Below, in pieces: positions 56,821-64,000 of a stretch of 64,000 bases of DNA; position 1 is the first letter of the stretch; each line of letters begins with the position of its first letter. The position numbers and the translations under genes are program-made. The stretch covers positions 79,916 to 143,915 of the forward strand of contig PLMN01000023.1 in assembly GCA_003141555.1 (NCBI GenBank), given 5' to 3'. The notes under the pieces were generated by a model that saw nothing but the letters and a program-made list of their open reading frames with translations, made no database searches and was not told the origin of the DNA. The stretch comes from Candidatus Aminicenantes bacterium. Lineage in GTDB: Bacteria; Acidobacteriota; Aminicenantia; Aminicenantales; UBA4085.

Positions 56821-59250
56821 TTATTTCACCTTCCACTCCTGGACTCCCGCCGAGAGCTTCTCGGGCAGCTTGACCTCGATCCGCAGGGCCGTGGTCGTCA
56901 CGGGCGCAAATTTCACGGTGTTATAGACGTCCTTGGCCGTGCCGTACGGGCCCGCGGCTTTGACCGGGACCCATTTGTCGCCGTCCTTGTAAAGCGCACC
57001 CCAGAAGGCCGGGACCCGGCATTCGCCTTCGCCCGTGTCGTCGAACCAGTAGACCGACGTCTCGGAAAGCGTCACCGGCGCGCTAAAATCGTACTGGACC
57101 CATTCCGCCGTGCCCTTCTTCGGCCACCAGTGGAGATAGCCGCGGTCGTGGTCGTTCGAGTTACTGGGATCGTACAGGTCGTGGACGGCCTCGACGCCTT
57201 TGCCGCCCGGCGAGCACGTGACCTTGGCCGCCGAGGCCAGGGTCGGCTCGGGGACGGGCGACGCCTTCCCCGGCTCGCGGGCGAACCAGACCTCCATCTC
57301 GCCCCGGCCGCGGTGCGCCCAGGAATAATACGGGATGAGCGTCAGCGCCTTCTTTTCGCCGATGAGCTTGCCGCCTTTGTATCTGTACGCCGTCGCCTCG
57401 CCGCCGATCACGGTGACGCCGTTCAGGAGGTCGGGCTTCGCCGCGGCCGCGAGCGGAGCCTTGTCGTCGAGGACGAGATTGCTCACGGCGCCGCCCTCGT
57501 CCACGCCTTCCGCGCAATAGACGAGCGGCCCGCGCTCGATCGCCGCCCGACCAATGTCGGCCTTGAGGCTGGGATGGGCCAGGACGCGATGGACGGGCAT
57601 CGGGAGGACGACCTCGACCAGGTCGCCCGTCCGCCAGGCGCGGGCGATCGGCGCGTAGCCCTTATCGAGGGCGAAAGCGACCGCCTTGCCGTTGACCTTG
57701 ACGACGGGCTTGTCCTTCGTCTCTTCGGCATAGCGGTAGAGATCGCTTGGCACGGGCCGGCCCTGGGCCCAGCCGGGGATGCGGATCATCAGAGTGAACG
57801 CCGCGTCCTTTTCGGGGGCGACTTTGATCTTGACGTCCCCGTCCCAGGGATAGGCGGTCTCCTGGGCAAGCCCAACTTTGCCGGACGCCGTGGCGAGCTC
57901 CGCCGTCCCCTCGTTGAACATATTCACGTAGATCTTGTCTCCCTGGACGCCGTAGGCGAATCCGCCGAGCTCGGCGATGAAGCGGGCCACGTTCGGGGGG
58001 CAGCAGGCGCAGGTGAACCAGGGCGTGCGCGCTTGCTGGCCGTGCGAGGCGAGCGGGTTGGGATAGAAGAACGCGTCGCCGCTCATCCCGTAGCCCGAAA
58101 GGAAGGCGTTGTACGAGGCGCGCTCGAACATGTCCATGTACTTGCCGTCGCCGTAATAGAGGAACATGCGCCAGTTCCAGAGGGCATAGGCGATCGTGGC
58201 GCAGGTCTCGGCATAGCCGCTCGGATTCGGAAGGTCGTAGGCCGGCCCGAAGCCCTCGATCCCCCCCGCGGCGCCGATGCCGCCGGTGAGGTAGAGCTTC
58301 TTCCCGACGATGTCCTCCCAAATCTTGTCCATGGCGTCCATGTAGCGGCGGTCGCCGGTCAGGGCCGCAATATCGGTTACGCCGGAATAGAGATACGCCG
58401 CCCGGACCGCGTGACCCACGGCCTCGGTCTGTTGGACGACGGGCAGGTGATCCTGGTTGTAGGTGCCGTAGAGCTTGTGGCCGGCCGCGTCTCCCCGCTC
58501 GTCCACGAAGAACTTGGCCAAAGCGAGATAGCGGGCCTCGCCGGTGGCCCGGAAGAGCTTGACCAGGCCCATTTCGATGACCTCGTGGCCGGGGACGGCT
58601 TTGAGCTGGCCCTTGGCCGGACCGAAGGTCTTGTCGATGAAGTCCGCGTTCTTGACGGCCAGGGCGAGGAAATTCTTCTTGCCGGTCGCCTGGAAATGGG
58701 CCACGGCCGCCTCGTACATGTGGCCGGCGCAGTAGAGCTCGTGGCTCTCCTGTTCGTTCACCCAGCGCTTCGGGCCCGACATGCGCGGCGGCTTATCCGG
58801 GTTGATCGTCCGGGCGGTGTAGATGTAGCCGTCGGGCTCCATGGCGGCCGCGATCTTGGCGATCCAGACGTCCAGGTCCTTGTTCAGGGCGGGGTCGGGA
58901 TGAAGCGCCAGGGCATAGGACGCGGCCTCCATGACCTTGTACACGTCGGAATCGTCAAAGGCGTAGGCCGTGGCGAGCTTGCCGCCCCGGGCGCCCTTGA
59001 GGGCGGCGGCCGCCAGCTCGAAGTTGCGGATCCGGCCCGTGTCCTCGCACTCCTTCATGGTGTGGCGGACGGTCACGGCCAGGTCGGTCTTCTGCCGCGC
59101 CCCCCAGAATCCGCCCGTGAAATTCACGGACGTGAGGGGCACGGCCTTGACGGCGTAATCCGGCCGGGGCGCATCCGCGGCGAATCCGATGCCAGCCGCG
59201 AGCGCGACGGCGGCGAGAGGGCGGACCAGGGTTTGAACGGCGGTTTTCAT
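56821..59250 (-). CDS. GH127 (DUF1680) beta-L-arabinofuranosidase-family glycoside hydrolase with extra C-terminal domain, secreted
   Basis: GAGGTGA RBS. Signal peptide. Collinear similarity to 52339..54351. Confidence 0.8.
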   Translation of the reverse strand: MKTAVQTLVRPLAAVALAAGIGFAADAPRPDYAVKAVPLTSVNFTGGFWGARQKTDLAVTVRHTMKECEDTGRIRNFELAAAALKGARGGKLATAYAFDDSDVYKVMEAASYALALHPDPALNKDLDVWIAKIAAAMEPDGYIYTARTINPDKPPRMSGPKRWVNEQESHELYCAGHMYEAAVAHFQATGKKNFLALAVKNADFIDKTFGPAKGQLKAVPGHEVIEMGLVKLFRATGEARYLALAKFFVDERGDAAGHKLYGTYNQDHLPVVQQTEAVGHAVRAAYLYSGVTDIAALTGDRRYMDAMDKIWEDIVGKKLYLTGGIGAAGGIEGFGPAYDLPNPSGYAETCATIAYALWNWRMFLYYGDGKYMDMFERASYNAFLSGYGMSGDAFFYPNPLASHGQQARTPWFTCACCPPNVARFIAELGGFAYGVQGDKIYVNMFNEGTAELATASGKVGLAQETAYPWDGDVKIKVAPEKDAAFTLMIRIPGWAQGRPVPSDLYRYAEETKDKPVVKVNGKAVAFALDKGYAPIARAWRTGDLVEVVLPMPVHRVLAHPSLKADIGRAAIERGPLVYCAEGVDEGGAVSNLVLDDKAPLAAAAKPDLLNGVTVIGGEATAYRYKGGKLIGEKKALTLIPYYSWAHRGRGEMEVWFAREPGKASPVPEPTLASAAKVTCSPGGKGVEAVHDLYDPSNSNDHDRGYLHWWPKKGTAEWVQYDFSAPVTLSETSVYWFDDTGEGECRVPAFWGALYKDGDKWVPVKAAGPYGTAKDVYNTVKFAPVTTTALRIEVKLPEKLSAGVQEWKVK

Positions 59251-59507
59251 GGGTCACCTCACCACGGACATTTCAAAAAAATCAATATAGTACAGCGCCC
59301 CGGAAAAGGAAAGGCGGCGGCCGGGGCGGCCGCTTCGGCCTGCACCCCCGCGCAAGCCGGTGCCCCGGGCTCTTGCCGGGGGATCATTTCCCGCCGTACT
59401 CACTCGCGCCTACAATCGGGAGTGAGTGCGGCGGCAACAGGGGTCTTGTCTCGACGGTCCCATGGAATATAATCCGGATCACGTCCCGCGTTCCGAGGAG
59501 GAATGGC

Positions 59508-62231
59508 ATGAAAAAAGCGGCGGTTCTTCTCGTCCTCGCCCTATTCTCCGGGCGGCTTGCTCCCTCCGCTCCGCCCGCGTTGTCCATCGATCGGCTCCTC
59601 GTCGACGGCGCCGCGAGCCCGCTCGGCGTCGACGCTTCGCCGCCCCGCCTCTCCTGGCAGCTCGAATCCGGGGAGCGCGGCCAGCGCCAGACGGCCTACC
59701 GCGTCCTGGCCGCCTCGACGCGGCCCCTCCTCGATCAAGACAAGGGCGATCTGTGGGACAGCGGCGAGGTGAAATCCGACGAAACCCTCGGCATCCCTTA
59801 CGGCGGCCGTCCCCTGCGCTCTTTCGAACGAGCCTGGTGGAAAGTCCGGGCCTGGGACAAGGACGGCCGGGAGACCTCCTGGAGCGAGGCTGCGACCTGG
59901 ACCATGGGGGTGCTCGCGTCCGGCGATTGGCGCGCGTCGTGGATCGGCGCCCCGCCGGCGGCGCCGGCGGCCGACGCGATGCTCCTCCAGCGCGAGATCG
60001 CCATCCGGCCCGGGCTCGCCCGCGCTCTCATCTTCGTCTGCGGCCTCGGCGTCTACGAGATGACAGTCAACGGCCGTCGGGTCGGCGAGGACCTCCTGAC
60101 GCCGGGCTGGACCAAATTCGACAAGACTTGCCTCTACGACGCCTACGACGCCACATCCCTCTTCAAGGCGGGCCGCAACGGCGTCGGCTTGCACGTCGCC
60201 AACGGCTTTTACAACGTCCGGGCCGGCCGCTACACAAAATTCAAGGGGTCCTTCGGGCCGATCAAGGCCATCGCCCTAGTCCGCCTCGAATATGCCGACG
60301 GCACCGTGGAATATGTCGGCACGGACGCCTCCTGGCGTCACGGCCCGAGCCCGATCACCTTCTCCTGCATGTACGGCGGTGAGGACTACGACGCCCGGCT
60401 CGAGCCGCGCGGCTGGGACGGCCCGGACTTCGATGACGCGGGCTGGGCGGCCGCGGCCGTTGTCCCGGGACCCGGAAGCGACCTCCGCGGCGCCTCGAAC
60501 GCCGCTCCGCCGGTCCGGGCGATCGCCCGCCTGAAGCCCTCCGCCGTCCGCGAAATCCGGCCCGGCACAGCCGTCTACGACCTGGGGCAGAACGCGCCGG
60601 TCATGCTCGCCCTCGAAGCGAGAGGGGCCGCCGGCTCGTCCGTCCGGGTGACGCCCGCCGAGCTCGTCCATGCCGACGGCACGATCGACCGCGTCTCCGT
60701 GGGCGGCGGCGAGGCCTTCTGGCAATACACGCTGGCCGGGCGCGGGCTCGAAGCGTATACGGCCAAGTTCTTTTACCACGGCGCCCGCTATCTTCAAGTC
60801 GAGCGCCGGCCGGCGTCTCCGGGAGGGCCGCTGCCCGAGGTCGCCTCTCTCGAAGGCATCGTCGTCCACACATCCTCGGCCGCCATCGGCGATTTCGCCT
60901 GCTCGAACGGGCTGTTCGACCGCATCCGGACGCTGGTCCGCTGGGCCCAGCGGGCCAACATCATGAGCCTGATCACCGACTGCCCCCACCGCGAGCGGCT
61001 GGGCTGGCTGGAGCAATACCACCTCAACGGGCCGTCGCTGAGGTACGAGTGGGACCTCGGTCGCCTCTTCGCCAAGACGATGGCCGACATGGCCGACTCC
61101 CAGCTTCCGGACGGCCTCGTCCCCGACACCGCGCCCGAATACACGGTCTTTTCGGGCGGCTTCCGCGACTCCCCGGAATGGGGAAGCGCGTACGTCCTCG
61201 TCCCCTGGCAGCAATACGAATGGACGGGCGACGCCGATCTCCTCGGCCGCCACTACGCGGGCATGGCCCGCTACGTCGATTACCTGGCCTCCAAGGCCAA
61301 GGGGCACATCGTCTCGCACGGCCTGGGCGACTGGTACGACCTCGGGCCCAAGCCCCCCGGCGAGGCCCAGCTCACGCCGAAGGCTCTGACCGCGACGGCG
61401 TTCTTTTATGAAGACACGCAGGTCATGGAAAGGGCGGCGGCGCTCCTGGGAAAAGCGGCGGATGCGCAGCTTTACGCCGCGCGCGCCGCGGACATCCGGG
61501 CGGCCTTCAACGCGGCCTTCCTCGACCCCGCGACCGGGATCTACGCCGGCGGCTCGCAGGCGGGAAACGCCATCCCCCTGGTGATGGGGCTCGTCCCGGA
61601 GGCGCGGAGGGCGGGTGTCCTGGCCGCGATCGTGGCCGACATAAGAAAGCGGGGGAACGCCCTGACCGCCGGCGACGTGGGCTATCGCTACCTCCTAAGA
61701 GCCCTGGCCGACGGCGGCCGGTCGGACGTCATCTTCGACATGAACTCCCGGTCCGAGCGGCCGGGCTACGGGTTTCAGCTCAAGGCCGGCGCCACCAGCC
61801 TGACCGAAGCCTGGGATGCGGGCCGGGACTCGTCCCAAAACCACTTCATGCTGGGGCACATCATGGAGTGGTTCTATCATGACCTGGCCGGCATCGGGGG
61901 CGACCCCGAGGGGCCGGGCTACAAGAGGATCCGGATCCGGCCCGAGCCGGTCGGCGACGTGACCTGGGCCCGGGCGAGCCTGGATTCGGTCCGGGGGCGG
62001 ATCGCGTCGGAATGGCGGATCGAGGGCGGCATGTTCAAGCTCACGGTGACGGTCCCGCCCAACACGTCGGCGCGCATCCACATGCCTTCGGCTTCGCCGG
62101 AGGCGGTGAGAGAAAGCGGCCGGCCGGCCGCGGGCAGCCCGGGCATCGCCTTCGCCGGCGTCGAGGCCGGGCGGGCGGTATTCGCCGTCGGCTCGGGGAG
62201 GTATGCGTTCGAAACACCCTGGAAGAATTAA
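59508..62231 (+). CDS. GH78 alpha-L-rhamnosidase, secreted
   Basis: GAGGAGGAATGG RBS. Signal peptide. N-terminal rhamnosidase domain pattern PLGVD...PRLSWQL...QTAYRVLAAS...DLWDSGEV...WKVRAWDKDGRETSWSEAATW. Confidence 0.85.
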   Translation: MKKAAVLLVLALFSGRLAPSAPPALSIDRLLVDGAASPLGVDASPPRLSWQLESGERGQRQTAYRVLAASTRPLLDQDKGDLWDSGEVKSDETLGIPYGGRPLRSFERAWWKVRAWDKDGRETSWSEAATWTMGVLASGDWRASWIGAPPAAPAADAMLLQREIAIRPGLARALIFVCGLGVYEMTVNGRRVGEDLLTPGWTKFDKTCLYDAYDATSLFKAGRNGVGLHVANGFYNVRAGRYTKFKGSFGPIKAIALVRLEYADGTVEYVGTDASWRHGPSPITFSCMYGGEDYDARLEPRGWDGPDFDDAGWAAAAVVPGPGSDLRGASNAAPPVRAIARLKPSAVREIRPGTAVYDLGQNAPVMLALEARGAAGSSVRVTPAELVHADGTIDRVSVGGGEAFWQYTLAGRGLEAYTAKFFYHGARYLQVERRPASPGGPLPEVASLEGIVVHTSSAAIGDFACSNGLFDRIRTLVRWAQRANIMSLITDCPHRERLGWLEQYHLNGPSLRYEWDLGRLFAKTMADMADSQLPDGLVPDTAPEYTVFSGGFRDSPEWGSAYVLVPWQQYEWTGDADLLGRHYAGMARYVDYLASKAKGHIVSHGLGDWYDLGPKPPGEAQLTPKALTATAFFYEDTQVMERAAALLGKAADAQLYAARAADIRAAFNAAFLDPATGIYAGGSQAGNAIPLVMGLVPEARRAGVLAAIVADIRKRGNALTAGDVGYRYLLRALADGGRSDVIFDMNSRSERPGYGFQLKAGATSLTEAWDAGRDSSQNHFMLGHIMEWFYHDLAGIGGDPEGPGYKRIRIRPEPVGDVTWARASLDSVRGRIASEWRIEGGMFKLTVTVPPNTSARIHMPSASPEAVRESGRPAAGSPGIAFAGVEAGRAVFAVGSGRYAFETPWKN

Positions 62232-62305
62232 GGTGACAGGCAAAGCAATACCGAAATTACCGCGCCGCCATCGCCCTGAATTAAGGTATTGCCTTGCCTG
62301 TCACC
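62232..62305. repeat. 21-bp inverted repeat (1 mismatch) with 32-nt spacer immediately after the GH78 stop; second arm shares the GCCTTGCCTGTCACC motif with the 45063-45098 element
   Basis: Arms GGTGACAGGCAAAGCAATACC (62232-62252) and GGTATTGCCTTGCCTGTCACC (62285-62305). Confidence 0.5.
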
Positions 62306-62410
62306 ATAATAATAACTACGCCGCCGGCCGATATTGACACATGTGGGGACAGAGAATAGGATGAGGGGCAATCAGGCCGGTCCCCTATAGGACGCGGCAA
62401 GGAGGACAGC

Positions 62411-62971
62411 ATGAAACGTCGCCTCGCCATAATGGGAGCCGCCGGACTTCTGGCCGTCATTCTCCTGGGCACCCCTCCGGCCTTCGGAGAGGGCGTTTCG
62501 TTCCGGGGCCGGCTGTTTTCGAGCGTCGCGGGGGAAACGCCCTATAACGTCAAGATCGACATCAAGGAATTCACGCTGCTGGAAGAGGCCCAGAGGATCG
62601 TCCAGCTCATGGCCACGGGCGATGAAGACGGCTTCTACAAGCTGATCCGCAGCCTGGACAAGGGCAACATGCAGTTCATCGGCGGCCCGGGTCTCAACAT
62701 CAAGTTCAATATCGCCCAGGAATACGAGACCGAGAAGGGCTATCGGATCGTCCTCGTGACCGAAGGCCGGAGCGTGGAGCCCGGCACATCCAAGTTCCTG
62801 AACATCCCCTGGCGGTTCCTCCTCGTCATCCTGGACCTCGACAAGAAATACACCGGGGCCGGGCGAGTCTATGAGGACGCCGCGATCGGCGCGACACCGA
62901 CCGGCAACATCACCCTAGCCTCCTCTTACACGCTTTCGAAGGAGCTGGTGAACATCCGGCTCGTGAAATAG
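62411..62971 (+). CDS. Secreted hypothetical protein
   Basis: AAGGAGGA RBS. Signal peptide MKRRLAIMGAAGLLAVILLGTPPAFG. Confidence 0.6.
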   Translation: MKRRLAIMGAAGLLAVILLGTPPAFGEGVSFRGRLFSSVAGETPYNVKIDIKEFTLLEEAQRIVQLMATGDEDGFYKLIRSLDKGNMQFIGGPGLNIKFNIAQEYETEKGYRIVLVTEGRSVEPGTSKFLNIPWRFLLVILDLDKKYTGAGRVYEDAAIGATPTGNITLASSYTLSKELVNIRLVK

Positions 62972-63132
62972 CCGCGAATCGTCGACGGCCCAAAAGGCCA
63001 TGGCCCTCTCCAATCCGCCGGGAAAGCCCTATGGCTCGAAGGCCATTCCCGCGCGAGGAGAAGAAAAATTCCTGATTTCATCGAGGTTCTCGACTAAATT
63101 TCTATGACCGTTTCGAGGAACGTTCCCGGAGA

Positions 63133-64000
63133 GTGAAGGCCATGACCTCTAAGCCGAAAAAGGCGAGAAGCAACCCTGAGGCGAAATCCGTCCCCGCGCT
63201 TCTGGCCGAGAACCGCGCCTTCCGGCAGAAGCTGCGGCAGCGGGAGGCGTTCGACGCCCTTCAGAAGAAGAAGGAGGAATCGGCGCGGTCGGGCCGGGCG
63301 CTGTTCAAAAACCTGCTCCAATCCAGTCCCGTGGTCTTCTAGGCCCGGGAGCCGTTCGGCGACTTCGGCTTCACGTACATTTCGGAAAACGTCCGCCAGC
63401 AGCTTGGAGTGCCGACAACCCAATTCATGCGGACGCCGAAATTCTGGGAGTCCCGCATCCATTTCGAAGAGGCCGCGCGAACCCACCGGGTCCTCGCCGA
63501 GCTGCCGGCCCAGGCCCAAGGGCGCCTTTCCCTGGAATACCGCTTTCTCCACGCCGATGGCCGCTACCATTGGCTCAAGGACGACCTCCGGTTGATCCGG
63601 AACGCCGAGGGGCTCCCCCTGGAGATCGAAGGCCATTGGCTCGACGTCACCGACCGGCGGCGGCTCGAGGAGTCGCTGTCGGACGAAGCCGCGCGCTACC
63701 ACAAGCTGGCGGAAACGGTCGGAGAAATCGTCTGGACCCGGGACGCCGAGGGCCATACGATCGCGATCAGCCCCAACGCCAGGGAGATTTTGGGATTCGA
63801 GCCGGGGGAGCTGTTGAACATGCGCCGGCGGCTATGGTGGAAGAGGATCCAACCGGAGGACGCCGTCCGGGTCAGGGCCGCATTTCAGGGGCTGATCCTC
63901 GACGGGCGGCCCTACACCGTAGACTATCGGATCAAGAGATCGGACGAATCCTGGCTCGAGGTCCGTGAAAAAGGCATCGTCCGCCGGAAGAACGACGGGC
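63133..64000 (+). pseudogene. PAS-domain sensor gene (runs off window end) interrupted by an in-frame TAG at 63340-63342
   Basis: Same frame before and after the TAG: ...LFKNLLQSSPVVF*AREPFGDFGFTYISENVRQQLG... followed by PAS-like blocks (YRFLHADGRYHWLKD...; second PAS EIVWTRDAEGHTIAISPNAREILGF...). Confidence 0.5.

Noticed and set aside
63340-63342. In-frame TAG as a pyrrolysine or selenocysteine-type recoding site
   Set aside because: There are no pyl genes and no recoding-element hairpin immediately downstream. The organism type makes this unlikely. Nonsense mutation or sequencing error is more parsimonious.
1-64000. Mobile elements, CRISPR arrays, tRNA/rRNA genes, toxin-antitoxin pairs
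   Set aside because: No transposase/integrase-like ORFs, no regular short direct-repeat arrays, no cloverleaf-like GC-rich 75-nt segments, and no obvious TA pairs were seen. The low-GC islets have no recognisable flanking direct repeats.

Overview
This is a high-GC (about 65-70%) bacterial chromosomal segment with dense, mostly non-overlapping genes on both strands. I saw no rRNA, tRNA, CRISPR array or transposase. Content reads like an Acidobacteria-type genome: many TPR/Ser-Thr-kinase proteins, 'VWFA-related acidobacterial domain'-like secreted proteins, and glycoside hydrolases. Gene order left to right: the 3' end of a NuoF/HndC-like Fe-S gene; a 1234-aa 2Fe-2S/GltD-like flavoprotein/4Fe-4S/molybdopterin-oxidoreductase fusion; a PAS histidine kinase plus an NtrC-family response regulator; a low-GC island (7.2-11.95 kb) carrying a zinc-ribbon Ser/Thr kinase-TPR protein and a small peptide gene immediately upstream of a radical-SAM/SPASM maturase (candidate novel RiPP locus); a glycoside hydrolase and a methyltransferase; a cluster of three secreted/lipoproteins sharing an N-terminal module with a second radical-SAM enzyme, convergent with metK, which has a long structured leader; a low-GC secreted TPR-CHAT protease-like protein and a 915-aa surface protein; an ABC-2 exporter pair; a PAP2 phosphatase; a CBM9/DUF5916-like outer-membrane protein; an Smr/GATase pair; a second paralogous zinc-ribbon Ser/Thr kinase-TPR protein; a GH106-like hydrolase; a GDP-mannose-3,5-epimerase-like gene; a LysM-FecR protein; a CHASE2-HD-GYP phosphodiesterase; two VWFA-related paralogs (one truncated/frameshifted); a GH127/GH51/GH127/GH78 arabinofuranosidase-rhamnosidase cluster; and a PAS sensor gene interrupted by an in-frame TAG. 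The most interesting candidate for an undescribed system is the precursor-peptide + SPASM radical-SAM pair on the low-GC island. The second candidate is the secreted-protein/radical-SAM/metK neighbourhood.
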